Shown in pieces: positions 28,329 to 38,210 of a stretch of DNA of 64,000 nt. The number at the start of each line of letters is the position of its first letter. The stretch's first letter is position 1. Source of the stretch: Kiritimatiellia bacterium (GTDB taxonomy: Bacteria > Verrucomicrobiota > Kiritimatiellia > RFP12 > UBA1067); contig JBMNFY010000017.1 in assembly GCA_050949565.1 (NCBI GenBank), forward strand, positions 480,001 through 544,000, in the 5' to 3' direction. Made by a program: the position numbers and the translations under genes. Under the pieces are notes generated by a model, which worked only from the letters and a program-made list of their open reading frames with translations, was not told the origin of the DNA and did not search any database.

Positions 28329-28357
28329 TTGATTCAGGAGCGTCTCTGTGCCATCAT
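28329..28357 (+). promoter_or_regulatory. Putative promoter giving a leaderless GH50-like transcript
   Basis: TTGATT-17bp-CATCAT-6bp-ATG. Confidence 0.4.
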
Positions 28358-28363
28358 TCCCGC

Positions 28364-30451
28364 ATGCAACACTATCGTTTGTCCTGTGCTTTTATCGTCG
28401 TCGTGCTGTCATGGGTTACCGCTACCGCGCGGGGAGGATCGCTGACGCTTTGGCCGTCTGATCTATGTGACGTGCGGCAGCATTCCGACAGCAGCATCAG
28501 TGTTGACGCAGGCCGGACTGTGCATGTCACCGCCGGTACACGTTACGCCTGGCCGGGTGCCACGGTGTTCTTCAAGGCAGGCGAGATGGACCTTGCCGAT
28601 TACGGTCCGCTGCGCGTCACGGTCAGCAACGCCGCAGAACGCGCGCTGACCATCAATCTGAGCGTCAAAAACCGCCACCAGAAAGACCGTTCGCCGGGCG
28701 GCAGCGTGTTGCTGGCACCGGGAGCGGTCGGCGTGATCAAGACCAATCTGCGCCTGAGCCCTTGGATGCTCGACCAGCCGCTTGAACTGGTCGGCATGCG
28801 GGGTTATCCCGTCGCGATTGAGGGCGGCTCCTTCAATGTGCGCAAGACCGCCGAGTTGCATGTCTTCCTCAACTCGCCCGACAAGCCAGCACGCTTCGCA
28901 ATCCTCAAGATCGAAACGGACAAGGCTCCGCTCACGTTGCTCAAGACCGACACCTTCCTGCCCTTCGTCGACCGCTTCGGTCAGTTCCGCCATGACGATT
29001 GGCCGGGTAAAATACATGATGAGGCCGAACTCCAGCAGGCCAAGGCACAGGAAGCGGCATGGCTTGCAGCCAATGCCGCAGGACCTGCCACAGACCGCAA
29101 CGCCTGGGGCGGATGGACCGGCGGACCGCAGCTCAAGGCGACCGGCCACTTCCGCACCGAGAAAGTCGACGGTACATGGTGGCTGGTAGACCCCGACGGG
29201 CGGCTCTTCTTCTCGCATGGTGTCGATTGCGTACGGCACGGTGCCGAGACCGGCATCCCGCATCGCGAAAACTACTTCATGTGGCTACCGGAGAAGGGAT
29301 CGCCGTTTGAAGAGTTCTACGGCACGGCCTACTGGGCGCCGCACGGTTTCTACAAGGACAAAGGGCACTTCCGAACCTTTAATTTCGTCGGGGCGAATCT
29401 GCTGCGCAAATATGGCGAATCCTGGTTCGACCAGCATGTCGATCTGGCGCACCGCCGTATCCGCGCCTGGGGGCTGAACACCGTGGCCAACTGGTCCGAC
29501 TCTAGAGTCTATCTCCAGCGCCGTACGCCCTACACCGTATGTCTGAACACCAGCGGCCCGCGCATCGAGGGGTCCGAAGGCTGGTGGGGAAAGTTCCCCG
29601 ATCCATTCGCACGCGAATTTATTGATGGCATCCAGCAGCGCGCGCGTGACCAGCAGAAGCCCGGCACAGTCAGCGATCCGTGGTGCATCGGGTATTTTGT
29701 GGACAACGAATTGTCTTGGGGCGGGGATGACCGCGCCCTGGCGCTGAGTGCTCTGCGCTCGCCTGCCACGCAACCGGCCAAGATCGCCTTCCGCGACTGG
29801 CTGGTCGGCCGGTACCCGACTGTTGCCGCACTGAACGCCGCATGGGGCACCGGTTTCGACACATGGGACGCCTTCCTTGCCAGCACCAACAAACCTTCTG
29901 AAAAACGCTGCGACGCGGACTTGGAGGCATTTCACACCCAGATCGCCGAGCAATATTTCCGCGTCATCCGCGACGCGGTCAAAGCGGTCGCGCCGGACAA
30001 GCTCTACCTCGGCTGCCGCATTGCTTGGGGTGCGCCGAGCGTCTACCGCGCCTCCGCAAAGTATTGCGATGTCGTGAGCGTGAACATCTATCGTCGACAG
30101 GCGGACAAAGACCTGCCGGAAGGCTGCGAAGACAAGCCGATGATCAACGGCGAATTCCACTTCGGCGCGCTCGACCGCGGCCTCTTCCACACTGGTCTGG
30201 TCTCCACCCGGGACCAAGCGGAACGCGCCGCGTGCTATGTTGCTTTTGTCGAGTCGTGCCTGCGTCATCCGCGGTATGTCGGCACCCACTGGTTCCAATG
30301 GCGCGATCAGGCATTGACCGGACGTTTCGACGGCGAAAACTATCAGATCGGTTTCTTGACGGTCACCGACCAGCCTTACCCCGAGTTGGTTGAAGCCGCG
30401 CGCAAGATCGGTGCGTCCATGTATGCGACGCGCTTCAGCGCAAACCATTAG
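28364..30451 (+). CDS. GH50 (beta-agarase-like) glycoside hydrolase
   Basis: FVDRFGQF..DWPGK, ATGHFRTEK.DG.WWLVDPDG, FVDNEL, GEFHFGALDRG, GENYQIG. Confidence 0.85.
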   Translation: MQHYRLSCAFIVVVLSWVTATARGGSLTLWPSDLCDVRQHSDSSISVDAGRTVHVTAGTRYAWPGATVFFKAGEMDLADYGPLRVTVSNAAERALTINLSVKNRHQKDRSPGGSVLLAPGAVGVIKTNLRLSPWMLDQPLELVGMRGYPVAIEGGSFNVRKTAELHVFLNSPDKPARFAILKIETDKAPLTLLKTDTFLPFVDRFGQFRHDDWPGKIHDEAELQQAKAQEAAWLAANAAGPATDRNAWGGWTGGPQLKATGHFRTEKVDGTWWLVDPDGRLFFSHGVDCVRHGAETGIPHRENYFMWLPEKGSPFEEFYGTAYWAPHGFYKDKGHFRTFNFVGANLLRKYGESWFDQHVDLAHRRIRAWGLNTVANWSDSRVYLQRRTPYTVCLNTSGPRIEGSEGWWGKFPDPFAREFIDGIQQRARDQQKPGTVSDPWCIGYFVDNELSWGGDDRALALSALRSPATQPAKIAFRDWLVGRYPTVAALNAAWGTGFDTWDAFLASTNKPSEKRCDADLEAFHTQIAEQYFRVIRDAVKAVAPDKLYLGCRIAWGAPSVYRASAKYCDVVSVNIYRRQADKDLPEGCEDKPMINGEFHFGALDRGLFHTGLVSTRDQAERAACYVAFVESCLRHPRYVGTHWFQWRDQALTGRFDGENYQIGFLTVTDQPYPELVEAARKIGASMYATRFSANH

Positions 30452-30555
30452 ACGGCATTTACGCTGCGTGCCCCTGGCCCGTCCGCACGGTCCGTCAAAC
30501 AGAAAAAATACCGTAGGTTTTTTGAGGTGGCGCGCGGTCCGCCGGAAACTAGCGG

Positions 30556-30584
30556 TTGAACCCTGTTTCTAGATTTCCTATAAT
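30556..30584 (+). promoter_or_regulatory. sigma70 promoter
   Basis: TTGAAC-17bp-TATAAT. Confidence 0.65.
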
Positions 30585-30667
30585 GAACAACGTTTTCTGT
30601 TTTTTTAACACGCATTTTCCGGCTGTGAAGACGGGCAACCGGGGAACCATCAAAGAGGAAAAGAATC

Positions 30668-32065
30668 ATGATGCAGTTAAATCGTCGAGATTTCGTCAAA
30701 GGCGGCGCTAGCGCAGCCGGAATTCTGGCAGCGGGAGGGTGCGTCTCGTCGCGGCCCGCGCGCGTATTCAACAAAAAGCCGGGTGAGAAACTGAACATCG
30801 GCGTGATCGGCGTCGGCGGCAAAGGTTGGAGCGACTGGATGCCGATGTTCGAGCACGGCGAAAACATCGTGGCCCTGTGCGACGTGGACCGCGGCCCGAT
30901 CGACAGGGCGCTCGCCGAGATCGAGAAGAAGGGCAAGAATCCGTCGCAGGTGAAATGTTACAGCGATTTCCGCAAGATGCTGGATGAGTGCAAGAACCTC
31001 GATGCGGTGACGGTCTCGACGCCGGACCACATGCACGCGCCCGCCGCAGTCCGCGCAATGAAACAGGGGTGCCATGTCTTTGTCCAGAAGCCGCTGGTGC
31101 GCACGATTTGGGAGGCGCGTTATTTTGAGAAGGTGGCCAACGAGAACCGCGTGGTCACGCAGATGGGCAATCAGGGCAGCGCCAACAACGGCCTGCGCCG
31201 TAACGCTGAGTTGCTGCAAAACGGTATTCTCGGCGATGTGACCGAGGTGCACGTGTGGACCAACCGCCCGATCTGGCCGCAGGGCCTCAACCGCCCCGAA
31301 GGTTCCGATCCAGTGCCGGCCTCGTTGGACTGGGAGAGTTGGCTGGGCACCGCGCCGTTCCGCCCCTACAAGAAAGACACCTATCACACCTTCAAGTGGC
31401 GTGGTTTCTTCGATTTCGGCACCGGTGCCTTTGGCGATATGGCCTGCCACACCATGAACCTGCCCTTCCGCGGCCTGAACTTGGGCAGGGTGCTCTCCGC
31501 TGAGTGCATCCGGATTGAAGGCAAGGCCAACGACACGTATCCCAGCAAGAGCATCGTCAAGCTGATCTATGCCGCCCGCGGCTCCAAGCCCGCAGTGACG
31601 CTCTACTGGTATGATGGCGAGCTCAAGCCTTCGGCGGAGATCATGCCCAAAGTCGTTACGACGCTGGGACAGGTGCCGAAAACCGGCTGCTTGATCATGG
31701 GCAGCAAAGGCATGGTCTGCAGCACCAACGACTACGGCGCGGACGGCTACATCGCCTTCAACGACGAGGAGAAGATGAAGTCGATGTCCAAGCACGAGGC
31801 GCTGACCGAAGAGGCCATCCCGGCCAAGTTCCGCCGCAACACCAATGGTCAGTACATCGAGTTCGTCGAGGCCTGCAAGGGCAACGATGTCTGCTTCTCG
31901 GATGTGGACCACTCGGTGCCGATGCTGGAAAGCATGCTGGTCGGCTGCATCGCGCAGCAGGTCCCCGGCAAGCTGGAGTGGAGTAGTCGCAAGCAGCAGT
32001 TCACCAACAACAAGGCGGCCAACGCGTTGGTGAAGCCCTACATCCGCCCCGGTTGGGAATTCTAA
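30668..32065 (+). CDS. Tat-exported Gfo/Idh/MocA oxidoreductase
   Basis: RRDFVK; GVGGKG; STPDHMH; QKPL; GDMACH. Confidence 0.92.
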   Translation: MMQLNRRDFVKGGASAAGILAAGGCVSSRPARVFNKKPGEKLNIGVIGVGGKGWSDWMPMFEHGENIVALCDVDRGPIDRALAEIEKKGKNPSQVKCYSDFRKMLDECKNLDAVTVSTPDHMHAPAAVRAMKQGCHVFVQKPLVRTIWEARYFEKVANENRVVTQMGNQGSANNGLRRNAELLQNGILGDVTEVHVWTNRPIWPQGLNRPEGSDPVPASLDWESWLGTAPFRPYKKDTYHTFKWRGFFDFGTGAFGDMACHTMNLPFRGLNLGRVLSAECIRIEGKANDTYPSKSIVKLIYAARGSKPAVTLYWYDGELKPSAEIMPKVVTTLGQVPKTGCLIMGSKGMVCSTNDYGADGYIAFNDEEKMKSMSKHEALTEEAIPAKFRRNTNGQYIEFVEACKGNDVCFSDVDHSVPMLESMLVGCIAQQVPGKLEWSSRKQQFTNNKAANALVKPYIRPGWEF

Positions 32066-32125
32066 GACCGGACGAACTGCTAACTCCGCGCGTAGCGCGG
32101 CTGTGCTGGGAGGGAGGGGCGGAAG

Positions 32126-32248
32126 TAAGAGGTAAGAAGCAATAGGTAATAGGTGACAGGTAATAGGTGATAGGCGGAAGCGGAAACTCCTAAATCCTAA
32201 ATCCTAAATCCTAAATCTTAACTGCGGGGCAAGCGTCGCTTGCCCCGC
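32126..32248. repeat. Two heptamer arrays, (TAATAGG)-like x7 and (TCCTAAA)x4, plus palindrome
   Basis: 32126-32174, 32188-32215, then GCGGGGCAAGCGTCGCTTGCCCCGC. Confidence 0.85.
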
Positions 32249-32270
32249 CCGCCCTCTTCCAGCTTGCGAA

Positions 32271-33584
32271 ATGAACCTCTGGAAAGACACCTACCCCCTG
32301 ATCGTCTCCTGTGCGCGCGGCCTTGCGCCGCTCACGGCACAAGAGCTGACGCGCCTTGGCTACAAGATCATCGATTCAACCGAAAACACGGTCGTGGTGC
32401 GCGGCGGCATGCGCGACATGATGACCCTCAATCTCCAGTTACGCACCGCCCACCGCGTGCTGGTGCCGCTGCTGCGAACCACCTGCGGCAACCTGCGCTA
32501 CCTCTACAACGATGTCTATTCGATCGACTGGGAAAACCTAATTGACGTCGACGGCTACTTCACGGTCAACAGCGTGGTGCGCAATGAAACCGTGCGCGAC
32601 ACCCGCATGCCATCGCTCACCACCAAAGACGCGATCGTCGATCGCATCCGCGACAAGCGTGGCGGCCGCCCCGATTCCGGTCGCGAAACATACGGTGCCG
32701 CCGTCTTCGTCTACTGGATAAACAGCGAGCTGATCATCTACATCGACACCACCGGCGAACCGCTCTCCAAGCGCGGCTACCGTAAAAATCCGGGCGTCGC
32801 GCCGATGCAGGAAACCCTCGCCGCCGGCTGTGTGCTGGCCTCCGGATGGGACGGCAACTCGCCGTTTGTCGTGCCGATGTGCGGCAGCGGGACGCCCGCC
32901 ATCGAGGCGGCGCTCTACGCGATCAACCGCGCCCCGGGCAGCTTTAAAAGCCATTTCGGTTTCATGGCGATCAAAGGTTACCGCCGCATGATCCCCGGTG
33001 AGAAAGCCGGCGTCAGCGTGCGCCAGCGTTTCGGTGCCACGCCCGAGCAGATCTGGAAAGACATGGTTGCCGTCGCGCGCCAACAAGAACGCCGCGAGAA
33101 CCTGCCGCCGATTATCGCCACCGACGTCTCCGAGGACGTCGTCGAAACCGCCCATCTCAACGCCATCGCCGCCGGTGTCGCGGAATACATGACCTTCGGC
33201 ACCTGCGATTTCGCGGACACCCGTCTGCCGCCGCCGCCCGGCGTGATCTTCATGAATCCACCCTACGGCGAGCGCCTGACCGCAGGTGCCGCTGTCGACG
33301 CCGCCGATCTAACGGCGGACGCCGCAGTGGATGCCCCCGATGCCCCGGCCGAAGAACCAGTTCCCGGCGAACCGCTGGACGAGCTTTACGGCCGTATCGG
33401 CGATTTCCTCAAGCAGAAAGGTGCCGGCTACACAGGCTGCGTCTTTACCGGCAACATGGAGCTGTCGCGCCGCATCGGCCTGCGCTCCTCGCGCCGCATC
33501 ACATTTTACAACGGCCCCATCGAATGCCGCCTGATCGTTTTTGACCTCTACGAAGGAGATAAGACATGCGCGCCATCACCGTAA
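32271..33584 (+). CDS. THUMP-domain RNA methyltransferase (RlmL-like)
   Basis: LRTAHRVL, LSKRGYR, APMQETLAA, PMCGSGT..IEAA, NPPYGERL. Confidence 0.9.
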   Translation: MNLWKDTYPLIVSCARGLAPLTAQELTRLGYKIIDSTENTVVVRGGMRDMMTLNLQLRTAHRVLVPLLRTTCGNLRYLYNDVYSIDWENLIDVDGYFTVNSVVRNETVRDTRMPSLTTKDAIVDRIRDKRGGRPDSGRETYGAAVFVYWINSELIIYIDTTGEPLSKRGYRKNPGVAPMQETLAAGCVLASGWDGNSPFVVPMCGSGTPAIEAALYAINRAPGSFKSHFGFMAIKGYRRMIPGEKAGVSVRQRFGATPEQIWKDMVAVARQQERRENLPPIIATDVSEDVVETAHLNAIAAGVAEYMTFGTCDFADTRLPPPPGVIFMNPPYGERLTAGAAVDAADLTADAAVDAPDAPAEEPVPGEPLDELYGRIGDFLKQKGAGYTGCVFTGNMELSRRIGLRSSRRITFYNGPIECRLIVFDLYEGDKTCAPSP

Positions 33585-35230
33585 CCGTCAAAGGCTCACC
33601 GCCCGTCGTCGTCTCGACGGGTACACGCATCGGCGATCTGTTGCCCACAGTCAACAGCGATGGCCATCCCGTCCTCGGCGCGATTGCCAACAATATGGTG
33701 GTGCCGCTCTTCATGCCCCTCATGACCGATGCGACGCTCACACCGCTGACCATCCAAGACCCTCACGGCTGGAACATCTATCGCACCTCTCTCTGCTTCC
33801 TCTTGGCCAAGACCGCCCACAAACTTTACCCCGACCTTGAATGCCGCGTGCGTAACTCGGTCGGTGCCGGTCTTTACTGCACAGTGCAATGGTCCGACCG
33901 CTCGCCCGCCGCGATCGAAGCCCATATCAAACGCCTCAAAGCGGCGATGCAGGAGACCATCCGTCGCGACCTCCCCATCACGCCGACCACCGTCTCTTAT
34001 GAAGCCGCGACCCACCTCTTCCGCGAATCCGGGCAAACCGACAAGCTGCACCTGCTCGCGCACCGCAATCCGCCGGTCGTTTGCCTAGCGCAGTGCGGAT
34101 CGTTCTTCGAACTGAGCCAGGAGCCGCTGGTGCCGCGTACCGGCCTGTTGGAACTGTTCGACCTGATCCCCCATAACAGCGGCTTCGTCCTCAACGTGCC
34201 GACATCCGCACGCCCGCGTGAATTGCCGCCGTTGCCGCCCCACGAATACCTCTTCACGGTCTACCACGAACACATCGAATGGGGCAAGATCGTCGGCATC
34301 ACTACTGTCGGTGAACTCAATCAGGCGGTGGTCGAAAAACGCGTCGACGACTTTGTACATACGATCGAAGCCCTGCACGACAAGAAGCTCGCCCGCATCG
34401 CCGACGCCATTGTGCAACGCACGCCGCCCGTGCGTCTGGTGCTGGTCGCCGGCCCCTCCTCGGCTGGCAAGACCACCTTCTCGAAGCGACTCATCACCCA
34501 CCTGCGCGTCAACGGCTACCACCCCACCCTGATCTCCACCGACAACTACTTCGTGGGGGACGCGCGCAATCCGCGCGACGCGGCCGGCAACCTCGATTAC
34601 GAGCACATCGAATCCATGGATCTGCCGCGCCTCAACAGCGACCTGTTGCGCCTGATGGCCGGCGAAGAGGTCTATCTGCGCGCCTTCGACTTCAGAACAA
34701 AAGAGGGCTACGACCAGCCCACCGCCACGCGCCTGCCCGAAAACAGCATCATCGTGATGGAGGGCATCCACAGCCTCAACCCGCAGTTGACCGCCGATGT
34801 GCCGCAGGAGCAGAAATTCCTGATCTACATCAACACCCTCACGCAACTCGGCGTCGACAGCAGCACGCGCATCTCCACCACCGACACCCGCATCATCCGG
34901 CGCATGGTGCGTGACCACCACTTCCGCAACCGCTCTGCGATCGAGACCCTGCGCATGTGGCCCTCTATCGCGCGTGGCGAAAAGCGCTGGATCTATCCCT
35001 ATCAGCACCTCGCCGATGCCGTATTCAACTCCGCCCTCGACTATGAACTGGCCGTGCTGAAACCGCTGGCCGCACCGCTGCTCAACCAGATCAAGCCATG
35101 GGACGAGGCCTACATTGAGGCGCGCCGCCTCTCTGGCTTCCTGCACAACTTCTCACCCCTCGCGCCGGACATTGTCCCCGGCGACTCCATCCTGCGCGAA
35201 TACATCGGCGGCAGCCAACTAACCTACTAA
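33566..35230 (+). CDS. Nucleoside (uridine) kinase with ThrRS-like N-terminal domain
   Basis: AGPSSAGKTT, EGIHSLNP, RRMVRD, FNSALDYEL. Confidence 0.9.
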   Translation: MRAITVTVKGSPPVVVSTGTRIGDLLPTVNSDGHPVLGAIANNMVVPLFMPLMTDATLTPLTIQDPHGWNIYRTSLCFLLAKTAHKLYPDLECRVRNSVGAGLYCTVQWSDRSPAAIEAHIKRLKAAMQETIRRDLPITPTTVSYEAATHLFRESGQTDKLHLLAHRNPPVVCLAQCGSFFELSQEPLVPRTGLLELFDLIPHNSGFVLNVPTSARPRELPPLPPHEYLFTVYHEHIEWGKIVGITTVGELNQAVVEKRVDDFVHTIEALHDKKLARIADAIVQRTPPVRLVLVAGPSSAGKTTFSKRLITHLRVNGYHPTLISTDNYFVGDARNPRDAAGNLDYEHIESMDLPRLNSDLLRLMAGEEVYLRAFDFRTKEGYDQPTATRLPENSIIVMEGIHSLNPQLTADVPQEQKFLIYINTLTQLGVDSSTRISTTDTRIIRRMVRDHHFRNRSAIETLRMWPSIARGEKRWIYPYQHLADAVFNSALDYELAVLKPLAAPLLNQIKPWDEAYIEARRLSGFLHNFSPLAPDIVPGDSILREYIGGSQLTY

Positions 35231-35250
35231 TGCACATCATAGGAAACGCC

Positions 35251-35664
35251 ATGAGCAAAGAACTTGAAGAAGGCAACACCCTGACGCTGGATTTCGCCAA
35301 GATCGCCAAGATCGCCGAGACCTGCAAGGACGCAATTCCGGTGGCCGTGCAAAACGCCGACACCCGCGAGGTGATTCTGGTCGCTTACACTAACGAGTTG
35401 GCCATGAGGAAGGCGTTCGCAGAGCGCACGCTGATTCTCTGGAGCACCTCGCGCAACGTCCTATGGGAAAAAGGCAAGACCTCCGGCGAGACCTTCGACC
35501 TGCTGGAGGCACGCGTCAACTGCGAGCAAAACTCACTGCTCTACATCGTGCGCCCGCGTCGTGGCGGCATCTGCCACACAAAAAATCAAAAAGACGAACC
35601 GCGCAATTGCTACTACCGCCGTATCGACATGGACACGCTCGCCCTCACCAATCTGGACCCATGA
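35251..35664 (+). CDS. hisI: Phosphoribosyl-AMP cyclohydrolase (alternative start 35230)
   Basis: WSTSR..LWEKGKTSG, NCEQNSLL, CHT...CYY. Confidence 0.9.
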   Translation: MSKELEEGNTLTLDFAKIAKIAETCKDAIPVAVQNADTREVILVAYTNELAMRKAFAERTLILWSTSRNVLWEKGKTSGETFDLLEARVNCEQNSLLYIVRPRRGGICHTKNQKDEPRNCYYRRIDMDTLALTNLDP

Positions 35665-35676
35665 GGGGAAGGAAAA

Positions 35677-35851
35677 TTTAGGATTTAGGATTTAGGAGTT
35701 TTCGACTTCAGCGTTCAGAGTTCGACGTTCAGCGTTCAGAGTTAAAAACGTTTAACGCTCAAGTTATAGGCAAGGAGTTTTCAGCGTTCATTCCCAATTC
35801 CTAAATCCTACCTCCTAAATCCTAAATGGTACTATTACCTATTACCTATTA
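35677..35851. repeat. Nested heptamer arrays
   Basis: (TTTAGGA)3, (TTCRRSG)5, (TCCTAAA)-like x5, (CCTATTA)-like x3. Confidence 0.85.
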
Positions 35852-35862
35852 CTTTCGCCCCT

Positions 35863-36552
35863 ATGCGCTACCGTTGTCCATACTGCAAACACCTCTTTGA
35901 CGAAGCCCCGCCGCCGGCCTGTCCGGCCTGCGGTAAGATCATGATCGTGCCGGCGATGAAGGAACTCAGCGAGCGCCAGACGCGCCGACGCGCGGTCGAA
36001 CGCATCCGACGCGATAGCGAACGACAAAAGGCGTCGCTACAAGGGCACGTTGCGCCCGGCCTGTGGCGTACTCCCAAGGTTTACTTTGCCGTAATCGCGG
36101 TGTTGGCCATACTGGGTGGCGCGATTTTCCGCGCCTCCGACCGCGCGTCGCAGCGCAAAGAAGCCGAACCGCCGCACTTTCGCGCCATGCGGCACGTGGA
36201 TGTACTGGCCGAGGCGCTGGGTCGCTATCGCTTCCATGTCGGGACCTTCCCCAGCGTCGAACAGGGACTCGCCGCGCTCGTGCGTGATCCGCAAGTGTCA
36301 GGCTGGAACGGCCCCTACATCAACCAGCTCCGACGCGACCCGTGGGGCACGCCATACGTGTACGCGCCAGCATCAAACGGGCTGCCTGTGCTGCTCTCCT
36401 GCGGCGCCGACAAAATCCGCGGCACGCCGGACGACATCCGTCCCGATCCCGCACGCTTCGATCCCGGCACTGAATGGACCAATGGATGGGTCTCCGCCGC
36501 CGAGCGTCTGCCCGGTGTGACCATCCTGCCCTCCCCGCCTATTGAAAATTGA
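35863..36552 (+). CDS. GspG pseudopilin-domain protein with N-terminal zinc ribbon
   Basis: CPYC...CPAC, TM helix, FPSVEQGLAALV...WNGPYI...DPWGTPYVY...LSCGAD. Confidence 0.8.
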   Translation: MRYRCPYCKHLFDEAPPPACPACGKIMIVPAMKELSERQTRRRAVERIRRDSERQKASLQGHVAPGLWRTPKVYFAVIAVLAILGGAIFRASDRASQRKEAEPPHFRAMRHVDVLAEALGRYRFHVGTFPSVEQGLAALVRDPQVSGWNGPYINQLRRDPWGTPYVYAPASNGLPVLLSCGADKIRGTPDDIRPDPARFDPGTEWTNGWVSAAERLPGVTILPSPPIEN

Positions 36553-36726
36553 GCGTTGAGCGTTCAACGTTCGACGTTCTGAGTTGGCGCTCCGCGAGCC
36601 GGGTGAATGGCTTGCGCAGAGCAGCACACTTAGTCGCTTACACTTCGTCCAAAACACTTAGTCACTGGCGCAATCAGCTAAGACGTATACGACTAAGCGT
36701 ACACGACTAAGTGTGGGGATTAAGTG
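36542..36726. repeat. Heptamer array plus inverted ACACTTAGTC/GACTAAGTGT repeats
   Basis: TTGAGCG TTGAGCG TTCAACG TTCGACG TTCTGAG; three left and two to three right ~14-bp-period units. Confidence 0.75.
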
Positions 36727-36776
36727 TCTCCGCGCCGTGCGCGGAGGAAAAGCGTGGCCGTCCTACCGTCCGCGCC

Positions 36777-37793
36777 CTAAATCAGGCCGCGGCGGATCAT
36801 CGTCTCGGCGATCTGCACGGCATTCTGCGCGGCGCCCTTGCGGATGTTGTCGCCGCAGCACCAGAGCGCCAGACCGTTCTCGACACTCGGATCGACCCGG
36901 ATGCGCCCCACGCCCACGTCATCGCCGCCGCCGATAAAGAGCGGCATCGGATACTGGGCGGTCGCCACATCGTCGATGACCTTAACGCCTTCGGTGCGAG
37001 AAAGGATGTCACGCGCCTGCTCCGCCGAGATCGGTGCGCTGAATTCCGCATGAATAGCAATGGAGTGGGCATAGAAAACCGGCACACGCACACAGGTACA
37101 CGCGATGCGCAGATCAGGGCACCCCAGAATCTTGCGCGATTCAAAGGTTAGCTTGGCCTCCTCCGAGGTAAAGCCCGGCATTTCCTTCTTAAGGCCGCCG
37201 ATCTGCGGCAGAACATTGAAGGCAATCTGGTGGGGATAGGTGTTGACGGCCATCTCGGCGCCGGTCGCGTAGGCGCGCGCCTGCTGCTCCAACTCCTCGA
37301 CCGCCGCGCGTCCGGTGCCACTCACCGACTGGAAAGTCACGGCGGTCATGTGGCGCAAGGGCACCTGCTTGTGCAGCGGCGCGATGCCCATCAGCGTGAT
37401 GATCGTGCTGCAGTTCGGGTTCGCGATGAAGCCCTGATGACGATCAAGCGCTTCGGCATTGATCTCCGGGATCACCAACGGTACGCGCTCGTCCATACGG
37501 TAGTCATCACCGTTGTCGATCACCACCACGCCGCGCTCGACCGCCTCCCAGCCGAACTGCTTGGACGCGCCCTTGGAGCCTTCGGTGCCAGCGAAAAACG
37601 CGATGTCTAATCCATCAAACGCCTCGGGGGTGGTCTCCAGTACATGGAAGGTCTCACCGGCAATCTCTTCATCGCGCTCACGCGTAGCCAAAACGCGGAT
37701 TTCGCTGGCGGGGAACTTGCGCTGGCGCAAAACCTTGATCATCTCCGTGCCCACCGCACCGATACCCACCAAACCGACCTTATACTGCTTCAT
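36777..37793 (-). CDS. asd: Aspartate-semialdehyde dehydrogenase
   Basis: GIGAVG, IANPNCST, QSVSGTG, CVRVPV..HS, DNIRKGAA. Confidence 0.97.
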   Translation of the reverse strand: MKQYKVGLVGIGAVGTEMIKVLRQRKFPASEIRVLATRERDEEIAGETFHVLETTPEAFDGLDIAFFAGTEGSKGASKQFGWEAVERGVVVIDNGDDYRMDERVPLVIPEINAEALDRHQGFIANPNCSTIITLMGIAPLHKQVPLRHMTAVTFQSVSGTGRAAVEELEQQARAYATGAEMAVNTYPHQIAFNVLPQIGGLKKEMPGFTSEEAKLTFESRKILGCPDLRIACTCVRVPVFYAHSIAIHAEFSAPISAEQARDILSRTEGVKVIDDVATAQYPMPLFIGGGDDVGVGRIRVDPSVENGLALWCCGDNIRKGAAQNAVQIAETMIRRGLI

Positions 37794-37924
37794 CTGACAC
37801 CCCTATCGTTTGCTCTGTGAAACGGCGCGAAATCTTACCAAAACGCGCAAAATCCGCAATCCCCTTTCTGGGCAACAAAGGGACAGGTATTTAGAGCGCC
37901 ATAGACGAAAAACAGCGCCGCGCC

Positions 37925-37998
37925 TTTTCGTGTGTTTCGCGGTTTCAATTTCACACTTCAGCGTTGGACGTTCTGAGTTCAGCGTTCTGCGTTCATAT
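37925..37998. repeat. Heptamer array (TTCAGCG family) and a TTTCGTG-type arm
   Basis: TTCAGCG TTGGACG TTCTGAG TTCAGCG TTCTGCG. Confidence 0.75.
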
Positions 37999-38210
37999 CA
38001 TGGCGCCCATGTGAGGGCTAACTTCTTCCCGGAGTGAGCACATTCCCGCAGATAGAGATTGATCAGGTTCTGGTATGGCACCCCAGTCTCGAGTGCCATA
38101 GCCTTGAAATAATCTATGACGTCCGTCCCTAAGCGTATGGTCACCTGCTTTCGCAAGTGCTTCGCGTAAGGGTTGCGAACCGAGTCGGTGAAGTCATATT
38201 CTTTTCTCAT
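37998..38210 (-). CDS. brnA: BrnA antitoxin
   Basis: MRKEYDF...NPY...VTIRL..DVIDYFK...YQNLINLYLR; ATGA overlap with brnT. Confidence 0.9.
   Translation of the reverse strand: MRKEYDFTDSVRNPYAKHLRKQVTIRLGTDVIDYFKAMALETGVPYQNLINLYLRECAHSGKKLALTWAP

Noticed and set aside
32126-36726. Repeat arrays as CRISPR
   Set aside because: Units are 7-14 bp and contiguous, with no unique spacers and no cas genes
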